From sequence record OR896157.1: a DNA stretch of 64,000 nt; one strand, 5' to 3'. This DNA is from a phage. The notes beneath the pieces are model-generated. The model had not been told where the DNA came from. It did not search any database and was given only the letters and a program-made list of their open reading frames with translations. The translations under genes and the position numbers were made by a program. This document shows, piece after piece, positions 51,700 through 61,999 of this stretch. Every line of letters starts with the position of its first letter. Position 1 is the stretch's first letter.

Positions 51700-51785
51700 T
51701 GGCGGGCCGTGCAGGTATCGAACCTGCCTAGTCATTTCTGACACGGATTAACAGTCCGTCGCTTACCCTCTCAGCCAACGACCCA
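51700..51785 (-). tRNA. tRNA with anticodon GUU (Asn-type) and a 15-nt variable arm
   Basis: acceptor GGGUCGU/ACGGCCC, anticodon stem-loop ACGGA-CUGUUAA-UCCGU, extra hairpin GUCA-GAAA-UGAC, T-arm GCAGG-UUCGAUA-CCUGC. Confidence 0.55.
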
Positions 51786-51789
51786 AATT

Positions 51790-51864
51790 TGGTTCTCCGT
51801 AAGAGAATTGAACTCTTCTTTCCGACGTGAAAGGCCGGCGTCCTAACCGATAGACGAACGGAGA
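51790..51864 (-). tRNA. tRNA-Glu (anticodon UUC)
   Basis: acceptor UCUCCGU/ACGGAGA, anticodon stem-loop CCGGC-CUUUCAC-GUCGG, T-arm AAGAG-UUCAAUU-CUCUU. Confidence 0.85.
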
Positions 51865-51865
51865 T

Positions 51866-51943
51866 TGGTAGGACGTGAGGGAGTTGAACCCATCGACATT
51901 CCGATTAAAAGTCGGATGCTCTAACCAACTGAGCTAACGTCCT
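51866..51943 (-). tRNA. tRNA-Lys (anticodon UUU)
   Basis: acceptor AGGACGU/ACGUCCU, D GCUC..GAGC, anticodon stem-loop UCCGA-CUUUUAA-UCGGA; T-stem only 3 clean pairs. Confidence 0.75.
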
Positions 51944-51981
51944 GTAGATATTTATAATAACAAAAATATCTTTAAGCAAAT

Positions 51982-52057
51982 TGGTGGGAATAACTGGGCT
52001 CGAACCAGTGACCTAACGATTATCGGTCGTTTGCTCTACCAACTGAGCTATATTCCC
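51982..52057 (-). tRNA. tRNA-Ile (anticodon GAU)
   Basis: acceptor GGGAAUA/UAUUCCC, D GCUC..GAGC, anticodon stem-loop AACGA-CCGAUAA-UCGUU (C at position 33). Confidence 0.7.
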
Positions 52058-52063
52058 TGAATT

Positions 52064-52151
52064 TGGTGGGGAGTGATGGAGTCGAACCACCCGAGTCGCA
52101 ATGACAACAGATTTACAGTCTGCACCGCTACCTCTACGGAATTAACTCCCC
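52064..52151 (-). tRNA. tRNA-Tyr (anticodon GUA), class II
   Basis: acceptor GGGGAGU/ACUCCCC, anticodon stem-loop GCAGA-CUGUAAA-UCUGU, long variable arm; 5 nt between acceptor and D-stem. Confidence 0.75.
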
Positions 52152-52156
52152 GAAAT

Positions 52157-52516
52157 TTATTTAAGAACTGTTGAGTTCATCGATTTAACCAAGAAAACTT
52201 GGTGCGGTGAACGAAGTGAACCTTCAATAGTGCGATGTTCTGGAAAATTGGTTGAAGTCTGAAAACCAGCTACACGGTAACCTTGCTCAGTCCATCCTAA
52301 AAGGATACCAACCATACAGCCAGAATATTTTCCGCTTTTATCCAAAGCTACAATATCACCAGGAGCAATTTCATTACCCATTGAATCAGGCTTAATCCAT
52401 TGTGGAGTAACCAGTTCTATAGGTATATTTATACCGCTTGAAAAGCTGTAATATTCGTCTGAACGTAAGCCCTGAATGCTTTTAAAGACTTTATGCCAAG
52501 TTTTGCTGATGCTCAT
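52157..52516 (-). CDS. hypothetical protein
   Basis: 119-aa ORF directly upstream of the tRNA array. Confidence 0.5.
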   Translation of the reverse strand: MSISKTWHKVFKSIQGLRSDEYYSFSSGINIPIELVTPQWIKPDSMGNEIAPGDIVALDKSGKYSGCMVGILLGWTEQGYRVAGFQTSTNFPEHRTIEGSLRSPHQVFLVKSMNSTVLK

Positions 52517-52742
52517 AATGTTCTCTCGCAGTGTTTTGGTGAATCAACGATAATTCATCGAAGATTGACTTCATTGCATTTTTCACAAAAATTTTTTCAG
52601 AAGGCTCCATCGACGTATTGTTGATGATTCTCGCCATTCGTTCTTTAAGCTTCTTTTTCCGATTCCGGACCGTCTCCTTGGAAGCGGTCCTCATGTGAGC
52701 AAGATTAGTCATCATGTTCCGTCGATAGATTAATAATATCAA
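52491..52742 (-). CDS. hypothetical basic protein
   Basis: 83-aa ORF. Confidence 0.45.
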   Translation of the reverse strand: MILLIYRRNMMTNLAHMRTASKETVRNRKKKLKERMARIINNTSMEPSEKIFVKNAMKSIFDELSLIHQNTAREHYEHQQNLA

Positions 52743-52758
52743 GTAACTCTTTAAGCAT

Positions 52759-52995
52759 TTAACCGCGTTTATACGCGTGATGAATCAAAATACCAAGTAC
52801 ACCACAAGAAACTATAACGCTTTTAATAACAGTTAAAACAACGCCAGTAGCAACGCCGATAAGAATCCAGTCAAACTTATTCATCGGAGAATCGACATCA
52901 TAAGTTTTCTTAACCCATGCTTTAGCTTTGGTGTACAGTTCTTTAATTTGGTTCATTTGCAATTTTATCCATAACGAATGAAATGATACCAGCAA
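52759..52995 (-). CDS. hypothetical membrane protein
   Basis: 78-aa ORF with C-terminal TM helix. Confidence 0.45.
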   Translation of the reverse strand: MLVSFHSLWIKLQMNQIKELYTKAKAWVKKTYDVDSPMNKFDWILIGVATGVVLTVIKSVIVSCGVLGILIHHAYKRG

Positions 52996-53149
52996 CGAGT
53001 GTAAGTACTACGCTACTGATGAGTTCAGAATTTGAAAGGAACGGCCATCCGAAGATTGAAGTTCCAAGTGCTCCCAGGGTTACTACAGTAAAGATGTTTC
53101 CGATGATTTCGCAACGTTTCATTTTTAATCTCCTTGTGTTGATAGGGCT

Positions 53150-53179
53150 ATAGTATCATAGCCCTCAAGGAAAGTAAAC
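53150..53179 (-). promoter_or_regulatory. T4-type early promoter (GTTTAC-N18-TACTAT) within palindrome GGGCTATAGTATCATAGCCC
   Basis: minus-strand motifs; 27-nt block identical to 35939-35965; positioned to transcribe the small ORFs and tRNA array. Confidence 0.55.
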
Positions 53180-53187
53180 GGCTAAAA

Positions 53188-54198
<1,011 letters not shown>

Positions 54199-54202
<4 letters not shown>

Positions 54203-54927
54203 TTAATTACCTTTTCAATTTTAGAATAGAGGTCCTCTAAAGAACCATCGTTTGTTATTACAATATCACCGTCTCTGATTGGTAAACCAGCTTCAGTGAT
54301 GTGAGTATCTTGTGAACTTTCACTATCTGGACGAACTACATGAATTACTGTAGCACCCATCGCCCGAGCAGCATCGAGTTCATGGTCCTGACGAGTATCT
54401 GGAACAATGTAAAAATCCAGGTCGTCGTGGAAGCTATCGACATAATCAATAGCGAATAACTTCAACCAATACATGCGGTCAACCATGTTGCAGAAAATAT
54501 CAGTCCCAAGGGTCTGCATGAGACGACGTACTGTCCATGGTTTGGTATTTTTATTTATTAGGGCTTCAATCTTGGTATTTCCACTGAATGAAAAATCACC
54601 ATTGTCATGAATGAAGAACCCGTTTTCTCTTTTTCCAGCTTTTAATTTTCTGTCCAAAAGACGATAAACACACCGTTTCATGTAATCGATGACGTCTTTG
54701 TTATTCAGCAACAGAATCTGTTCGCGGTCATAACCTTTACCTTCAAAATCAAGGCGGTTCAAAGATACACCAGTTTTTTGGGTCAAATCTGGATTCCAGC
54801 AATCAGCTAATGTATCTTTAATTGGACCAGCAAGCTGGAACTTTTTAGTTTTGTAGTTATTCGCAAGATAGTCAGCGGTGGTATCTTTACCTGACCGTTT
54901 CTTACCTATGATGAAAATAAGTTTCAT
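54199..54927 (-). CDS. 1: deoxynucleoside monophosphate kinase (gp1)
   Basis: 242-aa ORF; P-loop GKKRSGKDT; C-terminal block near-identical to remembered T4 gp1 (YIVPDTRQDHELDAARAMGATVIHVVRP, HITEAGLPIRDGD). Confidence 0.93.
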
Positions 54928-54928
54928 A

Positions 54929-55519
54929 TTACCTCATAGAAGGATGCATTCCAACAGATGAACGAGACTGAGCAGCCTGTTCGATATTTTGTTTACCTAC
55001 TATGATTTTACCATCTTTTTCTATTTGCAAATACTTGAATGGGAACATTGCAGTGCAAATAACAGCTGGGTCAGTATCTTCAGTATAGCTGAATTCTACT
55101 TCGCCTAAATCAGAACACCAAGCTCCATAATAATGAAAACTCATTACAATTTTCTTCTTGGAGTTATCAAGCATATGCACAGAAACATGAGGTGGAACGA
55201 ATCCGGGTTTCCACGCTTGAGAGTTAAAATCTACGTAGTTGTTAATCGAAAGCATCCATTGATACATCTGAAGCCAAGAGTTTAGGTCTTCATCGACTAA
55301 AAAGCGTATGACCAGTGGGTCATGCTCAAAAGTTGAGCCTGGCAGTTGAGAACGTGCTAGACCACCTTGTCCAGATGGAGTTTCAGTGATAGGGATGCGT
55401 ATACCTGGTATATTAGCTGATTGCACGTTAAGCGTAAAAGCTTTTGTCAATCCAGCATCAGGAATATCTACTATAAAGTTAGTAATATTCGTTTGGTTAA
55501 AAAGTTGATTGGCGTCCAA
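54929..55519 (-). CDS. 3: tail completion / sheath stabiliser protein gp3 (TTG start)
   Basis: 196-aa ORF between genes 1 and 2; first in-frame start is TTG with AGGAAA SD; no in-frame ATG near 5' end. Confidence 0.65.
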   Translation of the reverse strand: MDANQLFNQTNITNFIVDIPDAGLTKAFTLNVQSANIPGIRIPITETPSGQGGLARSQLPGSTFEHDPLVIRFLVDEDLNSWLQMYQWMLSINNYVDFNSQAWKPGFVPPHVSVHMLDNSKKKIVMSFHYYGAWCSDLGEVEFSYTEDTDPAVICTAMFPFKYLQIEKDGKIIVGKQNIEQAAQSRSSVGMHPSMR

Positions 55520-55544
55520 TTCGCTTTCCTTCTGAAGTAGTTAT

Positions 55545-55582
55545 AATGGTTTTGAGTTCTTCCGGAGCAATCAATATCAATC
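55545..55582 (-). promoter_or_regulatory. 10-bp inverted repeat hairpin between genes 2 and 3
   Basis: CTTCCGGAGCAATCAATATCAATCAATCCGGAAG; followed on the minus strand by late-promoter-like TATAACTA. Confidence 0.35.
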
Positions 55583-55600
55583 AATCCGGAAGAAGATGGA

Positions 55601-56443
55601 TTAAGATTTCCAAACAGCAGTAGCAGAATAACGTTTGCCTTTTGACATGAACTGTTGAGTTGGTAACATAACAACGTTAGCCCAGTCTGCTGGCTTAATT
55701 TCTACTAAACTTCCTTTGATATGACCAGGAAGATAAGCTTTAATCATCTTATCCGCGCCAGCGAAACCCTTAACTTGACTCCAATTAATCTTCAACTTAG
55801 TTTTGTTAGTAATAGTCGGAGTGTTAGCATATTGCTTTAGCAACTCTTCGAGAAACTGTTGTCGTGCTTTTGGTGGAATATAGTGCAAGTTCAAGCCATA
55901 CATCAACGTAGTTGAGCCTTGTTTACCCAATCCCAAATAAATAATCAATGGAAATCTATCCCAGAATGGAAGTGTGTCTTTATGTTTAGCATCATACATA
56001 TAAGCATAAAGTTTTCCTGGAGTAGGTTTTGATACCTGATGACCACGAATATTTTTCTTCATTGTCTCGTTGAACCAACGAGCTGACTTATTGTTAACAG
56101 CTGCGCCTTCGTTAGCAATCTTTTGACGAATGCTCTGACGGAAACTGTTAATCATCACAAGTTGTCTTTCTTGACGAGTAAGTTTCTTTGGATTCTTTCC
56201 TTCGAGTTTAGCAACTTGAACAGCTGTCTTAATTCTCGAAGAATATCTGCTCATAGCTTTTGTGAATGTAGCATATTTTATGCCTTTTTCTTCGGCAAAA
56301 GATTTGGCGGTGGCACCTTTCTTTTTCGCTTCAGCATATTCTACACCTATCTCTACCCATTTTCTTTCGTCTTTAGGGACTGTTCGAGCTATCGGTTGAG
56401 CACCTTCATTAAGCAATTCAAATATAGCCATTAGCCTTTCCAC
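55601..56443 (-). CDS. 2: DNA end-protector / head completion protein gp2
   Basis: 280-aa ORF in gp2 position and size. Confidence 0.7.
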   Translation of the reverse strand: MERLMAIFELLNEGAQPIARTVPKDERKWVEIGVEYAEAKKKGATAKSFAEEKGIKYATFTKAMSRYSSRIKTAVQVAKLEGKNPKKLTRQERQLVMINSFRQSIRQKIANEGAAVNNKSARWFNETMKKNIRGHQVSKPTPGKLYAYMYDAKHKDTLPFWDRFPLIIYLGLGKQGSTTLMYGLNLHYIPPKARQQFLEELLKQYANTPTITNKTKLKINWSQVKGFAGADKMIKAYLPGHIKGSLVEIKPADWANVVMLPTQQFMSKGKRYSATAVWKS

Positions 56444-56880
56444 CCTAATCTCTTCAGACCATCTTCTGTAAGCAATCTGAATTTGATGTTATTCTTTTCA
56501 GCAACCTTTTGAGCAGCTGTCCATTTATCCTGATTCACGCTCCACGTGTATATCTCATCGATATATCTTTTCTTTGCTGCTGTTGTAAGTTTAGCAGGCT
56601 TTGGAGGCGGTTGAGTCTCTTTCTTTGGTTTAACTTCAACAAAGAATTCTTGGCCATTTACATCTCTGAACCAAAAATCCATAAAGTATCTACGTTTTTT
56701 ACCATCCGCATTACAGAAATAAGGAATAACAACTTCTTCACTATTCCATTTAACTATTTCTGGATTTGCATCGAGCCATTTCATGAACCACGACTCCCAG
56801 GATGAGCGATATGTAATTTTACGAATATCACCCCTGTACTTTTCATGGTTCTTAGGCATGAATTTGCCGGAGTACGCCAT
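56431..56880 (-). CDS. 4: head completion protein gp4
   Basis: 149-aa ORF in gp4 position and size. Confidence 0.75.
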   Translation of the reverse strand: MAYSGKFMPKNHEKYRGDIRKITYRSSWESWFMKWLDANPEIVKWNSEEVVIPYFCNADGKKRRYFMDFWFRDVNGQEFFVEVKPKKETQPPPKPAKLTTAAKKRYIDEIYTWSVNQDKWTAAQKVAEKNNIKFRLLTEDGLKRLGWKG

Positions 56881-56902
56881 TTCATTTTCCTCTAATAAAT
56901 AA

Positions 56903-56910
56903 TATTACTA
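56903..56910 (-). promoter_or_regulatory. T4 late promoter TATAAATA for gene 4
   Basis: minus-strand TATAAATA ~25 nt upstream of gene 4 start, in the divergent 4/53 intergenic region. Confidence 0.6.
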
Positions 56911-56929
56911 TTTATAAAGTGGAGGCTTT

Positions 56930-57505
56930 ATGTTATTCAGCTTTTTTGACCCTATTACATACACCGCTAAAACGGTTGATGAAAACGCTAAGCCTATTTC
57001 CATGACAGACATTTTCAGAAACTATAAAGCATACTTCAAAAGAGTTGCTGCTAACTATCGTCTGCGCACATATTATATCCAAGGTTCTCCACGACCTGAA
57101 GAGTTGTCTAACATCATTTATGGCAACCCTCAATTGTATTGGGTACTTCTGATGTGTAATGATAACTATGACCCTTACTACGGTTGGATTACAAGCCAAG
57201 AAGCGGCTTATAGAGCTTCTGAACAGAGATATGAAAATGCTGGTGGAAATCAGGTGTTGTACCATGTTGATGCTAAAGGAGAAAGATACTATAACTTAGT
57301 AGAATCTGAAACTAATCCAGGCACATGGTATGACAAAGGAGATACTCTTCAAGAACATCCTCAATATCAAGGTGCTTTAGCAGCTGTAGATGTTTATGAA
57401 GCAGCTATTCTTGAAAATGAAAAGAAACGTCAAATCAAAATTATTTCTCCTGCTGATATTGACACTTTTATTGCAGACTTAATCCGTGAGATGGAGATTG
57501 CATAA
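56930..57505 (+). CDS. 53: baseplate wedge protein gp53
   Basis: 191-aa ORF, first gene of the plus-strand late block, T4 order 53-5-6-7. Confidence 0.8.
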   Translation: MLFSFFDPITYTAKTVDENAKPISMTDIFRNYKAYFKRVAANYRLRTYYIQGSPRPEELSNIIYGNPQLYWVLLMCNDNYDPYYGWITSQEAAYRASEQRYENAGGNQVLYHVDAKGERYYNLVESETNPGTWYDKGDTLQEHPQYQGALAAVDVYEAAILENEKKRQIKIISPADIDTFIADLIREMEIA

Positions 57506-59241
57506 TGGAAATGATTAGTAACTCTCTTCAATGGTTCACAGGGGTTGTTGAAGATAGAATGGACCCGCTTAAGCGTGGTCGCGTACGCGTAAGAGTGCAT
57601 GGGCTTCATCCATTCCAGAAGACTCAAGGCCCTGTGATGGGTGTTCCAACTGAAGACCTTCCATGGATGAGTCCAATATTTCCAGTGACATCTGCAGCTA
57701 TTTCTGGCGTTGGCGGTTCAGTTACTGGCCCTGTTGAAGGAACTCACGTGTATGGTCATTTTTTAGACAAATACAGACAAAACGGAATTATTCTTGGAAC
57801 GTATGCAGCAAACGCAACTGCTCGTCCAAATAGAACTGAAGGATTCTCTGACCCGACTGGACAGTATCCTCGATATCTTGGTAATGACACTAACGCATTG
57901 AACCAAGGCGGAACCGAAGGCGACGATTATACAGCAAACATAGTTCAAGATAACAATCTTGACACCGGTATTAATCCAGATGATACCGACCTTGCTAATA
58001 TCCCAGAAGATAATAATCCTAACTATACGATTGAAGACATGATTCGCCGTGATGAAGGTCTTCGTTTGAAAGTTTACCGTGATTTAAACGGGCGCGGGTG
58101 GACAGTAGGGTTCGGTCACTATATTAGTGATAACCCAAATTTAACTAACGACCAAATAAATTCCGAATTATCTAAACAGGTTGGGAGAGAAGTAACTGGA
58201 AATCCAGGCTCTATTTCAATGGATGAAGCTTCAAAACTGTTTAAAGAAGATTTAGAAAAAGTTCAAAGAGACATGAGAAATAATGCAGCTGTTTCTCCAG
58301 TCTATATGAAAGTGAACAGATCTCGTCAAATGGCTCTTGAAAATATGAGTTTCCAGATGGGCATAGGCGGATTAGCCAAATTCACAAAAATGCTAGACGC
58401 CATGTTAATAGGCGATTGGAAAACTGCCTATAATGAAGCAAGAAATTCTCGTTGGTTCCAACAGACCAAAGGACGAGCATCTCGTGTTTCAATGATTATA
58501 TTGACCGGTAACTTGGAGTCATATGGTATTCCAGTATCTCCTCCAAGCCCAAAAAGTTTATCAGCGGCTGCTGTAGCTATGGCAACTGGGTCATCTGACC
58601 CGTGGGGACCACCAGTTCCTCAAACCGGAAGAATACTTTTTAAAGAACCGCCATCGTCATATAACGGTCAATATCCATATGTCCATACAATGGAAACTGA
58701 GTCTGGACATATTCAAGAATTTGATGATACTCCAGGATATGAACGTTATCGTATTGTTCATCCAACCGGAACATACGAAGAAGTTGCTCCTGACGGACGA
58801 AGAACAAGAAAAACTGTAGGCGACCTTTATGATATGACCGGTGGTGACGGAAATATTTTAATTTCAGGCGATAAGAAAGTCAACGTCGGTGGTGATGAAA
58901 CTTATTACAATATGGCTAATAAGATTAATCAAATCGATGGAAACAATACTCTCTTTATTCGTGGTGATGAAACTAAAACTATTGAAGGCGACGGAACCCT
59001 TTATGTGAAGGGTAATATCAAAATTGTTGTTGATGGAAATGCTGATATTCTTGTGAAGGGCGATGCAAAAACACAAGTTGAAGGCAACCACGACTACACT
59101 GTCAATGGTAATGTCACTTGGTCTGTTAAAGGTAACGTGTCAATGAATGTCACCGGAAACTGGGCTGAAACTATGCAGACAATGAGTTCTAAAGCATCTG
59201 GTCAGTACACTGTCGACGGTTCACGTATCGATATCGGTTGA
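57505..59241 (+). CDS. 5: baseplate hub / cell-puncturing protein gp5 with lysozyme domain
   Basis: 578-aa ORF; internal lysozyme domain (YTIEDMIRRDEGLRLKVYRD, GWTVGFGHYIS); C-terminal beta-helix repeats (VxGxxxxx). Confidence 0.93.
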   Translation: MEMISNSLQWFTGVVEDRMDPLKRGRVRVRVHGLHPFQKTQGPVMGVPTEDLPWMSPIFPVTSAAISGVGGSVTGPVEGTHVYGHFLDKYRQNGIILGTYAANATARPNRTEGFSDPTGQYPRYLGNDTNALNQGGTEGDDYTANIVQDNNLDTGINPDDTDLANIPEDNNPNYTIEDMIRRDEGLRLKVYRDLNGRGWTVGFGHYISDNPNLTNDQINSELSKQVGREVTGNPGSISMDEASKLFKEDLEKVQRDMRNNAAVSPVYMKVNRSRQMALENMSFQMGIGGLAKFTKMLDAMLIGDWKTAYNEARNSRWFQQTKGRASRVSMIILTGNLESYGIPVSPPSPKSLSAAAVAMATGSSDPWGPPVPQTGRILFKEPPSSYNGQYPYVHTMETESGHIQEFDDTPGYERYRIVHPTGTYEEVAPDGRRTRKTVGDLYDMTGGDGNILISGDKKVNVGGDETYYNMANKINQIDGNNTLFIRGDETKTIEGDGTLYVKGNIKIVVDGNADILVKGDAKTQVEGNHDYTVNGNVTWSVKGNVSMNVTGNWAETMQTMSSKASGQYTVDGSRIDIG

Positions 59242-59248
59242 GGTAATA

Positions 59249-59752
59249 ATGGTTGACATACTTCCAGTAAACACTGAGCTGCCTGATATTCAAGAAGGCG
59301 GTTCAGTTAATCAAACATTCACGGCTCAATTAGAAGCAACAGACACATTAGAGTCTATAAATATAATTGATTTTCAACCTACTCCTGGGATTACGGTTTC
59401 AGGAGCCAATTACAGCGGCGTATATGAAAGCGTCTTTTCCTTTGGAGGAGATGCTCTTAAATATCGAGAAGGTGATGAATTTAAAGTAGCCCAATCGTGG
59501 GAATCTTTACCACCTTCTGGTACAGCCGATTTATACCTCTGGAAAGCCCCCTCTAAACTTGAGAGGACCTTTACATACACAGTTAAGGTTATATATTGGA
59601 GACAAGGTGAAGACACTACAGGACCATCTGGTGAACCTGTCACACCTCCTCCAGTTAAAATGGAAATGACCAAAACTTATTCTCAGTTAGTGTATGGTAA
59701 TTGGAGCAAATGGGCTGAACAACTTCGTTCATACGTATATGCGAGACCATAA
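59249..59752 (+). CDS. gp5.1-like hypothetical protein
   Basis: 167-aa ORF between 5 and 5.4. Confidence 0.55.
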   Translation: MVDILPVNTELPDIQEGGSVNQTFTAQLEATDTLESINIIDFQPTPGITVSGANYSGVYESVFSFGGDALKYREGDEFKVAQSWESLPPSGTADLYLWKAPSKLERTFTYTVKVIYWRQGEDTTGPSGEPVTPPPVKMEMTKTYSQLVYGNWSKWAEQLRSYVYARP

Positions 59753-60048
59753 TGGCCGGATTAAGTTATGACAAAGCTTTAACTGCAGGCCACTCTGCTT
59801 ATCCTCCAACGCAAGTAAATGCGACACAGGGAAAAGTATTTGTTGGTGGAATTGCAGTTCTAGTAGATGGAGACCAAATAACTCCTCATACTAAAACAGT
59901 TAAACCCTACGACACTCACGGGGGTTCTGTTCAACCTCGTACAAGTAAAGTGTTCGTTACAGGAAAGAAAGCCGTTCAAATGGCTGACCCTATTTCTTGC
60001 GGTGACACTGTAGCCGAATCGAGTAACAAAGTATTCATTCACGGATAA
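59752..60048 (+). CDS. 5.4: PAAR-repeat spike tip protein gp5.4
   Basis: 98-aa ORF between 5 and 6; size and position of T4 gp5.4. Confidence 0.75.
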   Translation: MAGLSYDKALTAGHSAYPPTQVNATQGKVFVGGIAVLVDGDQITPHTKTVKPYDTHGGSVQPRTSKVFVTGKKAVQMADPISCGDTVAESSNKVFIHG

Positions 60049-60052
60049 AACA

Positions 60053-61999
60053 ATGGCAACTACTGAACCCTTTAACTATCAATTAAAAAGAACCGCGAAT
60101 GCGATTCCTGAAGTTTTCATCGGCGGCACGTTCCAAGAAATTAAAAAGAACTTCGTTGACTGGCTGCGCGGCCAAAATGAGTTTTTAGATTATGATTTCG
60201 AAGGTTCACGCATGAACGTACTGCTGGACCTCTTAGCATACAACACTCTTTACATTCAGCAATTCGGTAATAGCGCAGTGTATGAATCATTCATGCGTAC
60301 TGCCAACCTCAGAAGCTCAGTTGTTCAAGCAGCTCAAGATAATGGATATCTTCCATCTTCTCGTTCGGCAGCTAAAACACAAATCATGCTGGAATGTACT
60401 CATGCATTGAATGAAAACAGTTTAAGAATTCCTCGCGGAACAAGATTCCTTGCATACGCTCGAGACACAAGCGCTGACCCGTATCCATTCGTAACTACTG
60501 AAGACGTAATTGCGTTAAAAGACCAAAACAACCTGTATTTCCCTCGTGTTAAATTAGCACAAGGTCGTATTGTTCGCACTGAATTAAAATACAATAAGTT
60601 GAAACCAATTATCATCAGGGACGAAAATATCGACCGGTCAGAGGTTCGTTTGTTCGTTGATGGTGCAGAATGGACTAACTGGACTTACAAGTCAATGGTA
60701 CATGCTGGTTCTACATCAACAATTTATTACATGCGCGAAACTGTAGATGGTCACACCGAATTCTTCTTTGGAGAAGGTGAGCAATCTGTTTCCGTCGCTG
60801 GCGCAGCTTTAGAAGCTAACTACATCGGCGGGTTAAAACCTATTCAAGACCAAACTATCGTTATTGAATATATTCGTACTGATGGTGAACGAGCAAACGG
60901 TGCTACTGAATTTTCTTATGCTGATACACTCCCGTATATAAGTGTACAGAAAATCTACGAAAACCCAGATGATTCTCCAGATTACGTTGGTGCTGATGGT
61001 GGTGGTGACCCTGAAGATATTGAACGTATTCGCGAACTCGGAACTATTAAAAGAGAAGCTCAAGCTCGTTGCGTAACCGCAACTGACTATGATACTTTCG
61101 TTTCAGAGCGTTTCGGTTCAATAGTTCAAGCTGTACAGACATTTACTGACCAATATAAACCTGGCTATGCATTTATTGCAATTAAACCAAAATCTGGACT
61201 GTACTTAACTTCTGTTCAAAGAGAAGACATTCAGAACTATCTGAAGCCATTTAACTTGGCTACGATTACTCCATCTGTTATTTCTCCGAACTATTTGTTC
61301 TTGAAGCATAAAATTAAAGTTACTTATGCTTTAAACAAACTTCAAGAATCAGAGCAGTGGTTACATGGACAAATCATCGATAAAATTGATGAGTATTACA
61401 CCAATGAAGTTGAAATTTTCAATGCTCAATTTGCTAAGTCAAGAATGTTGACTTATGTTGACAGAGCAGACCATTCAATTATCGGTTCATCTGCCGAAAT
61501 TGAAATGATTCGTGAAGTTCAAAACTTCTTTGAAACTCCATCTTCAGGTATTAAATACTATAACCAGATTACTCCACGCAGTTTAAAATCAAGCGAATTC
61601 AAATTCATTAAAGGCTCTTCATCTTACATGGTACGTTTAGCTGGTACTGTCGGTGATGGCAAAAAAGGTAAAATTGTTCTTGGGCCATTTAAAGCCGGGG
61701 ATTTAGCAGCTACTCCAGCCGCTCCAATTTATACCGGTAGTGATTTTGAAAAGCTTCCAGTAACTGATGGAAGAAATACATATTTCGTTGTTGGTGAAGT
61801 AGATTATCCATCTGATTATATCTATTGGAATATCGCAGCTCTTAATATTAACTCAAGTTTATTTGACGTTCAATCAATTGAGCTTTATTCTTCACCAAAA
61901 GAAAACAACATTTTCACTAAAGATGGTTCATTGATTGTATTTGAGAATGATCTTCGTCCTCAATACACGACCATCACATTGGAGCCTATTGCACAATGA
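60053..61999 (+). CDS. 6: baseplate wedge protein gp6
   Basis: 648-aa ORF in gp6 position and size. Confidence 0.88.
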   Translation: MATTEPFNYQLKRTANAIPEVFIGGTFQEIKKNFVDWLRGQNEFLDYDFEGSRMNVLLDLLAYNTLYIQQFGNSAVYESFMRTANLRSSVVQAAQDNGYLPSSRSAAKTQIMLECTHALNENSLRIPRGTRFLAYARDTSADPYPFVTTEDVIALKDQNNLYFPRVKLAQGRIVRTELKYNKLKPIIIRDENIDRSEVRLFVDGAEWTNWTYKSMVHAGSTSTIYYMRETVDGHTEFFFGEGEQSVSVAGAALEANYIGGLKPIQDQTIVIEYIRTDGERANGATEFSYADTLPYISVQKIYENPDDSPDYVGADGGGDPEDIERIRELGTIKREAQARCVTATDYDTFVSERFGSIVQAVQTFTDQYKPGYAFIAIKPKSGLYLTSVQREDIQNYLKPFNLATITPSVISPNYLFLKHKIKVTYALNKLQESEQWLHGQIIDKIDEYYTNEVEIFNAQFAKSRMLTYVDRADHSIIGSSAEIEMIREVQNFFETPSSGIKYYNQITPRSLKSSEFKFIKGSSSYMVRLAGTVGDGKKGKIVLGPFKAGDLAATPAAPIYTGSDFEKLPVTDGRNTYFVVGEVDYPSDYIYWNIAALNINSSLFDVQSIELYSSPKENNIFTKDGSLIVFENDLRPQYTTITLEPIAQ

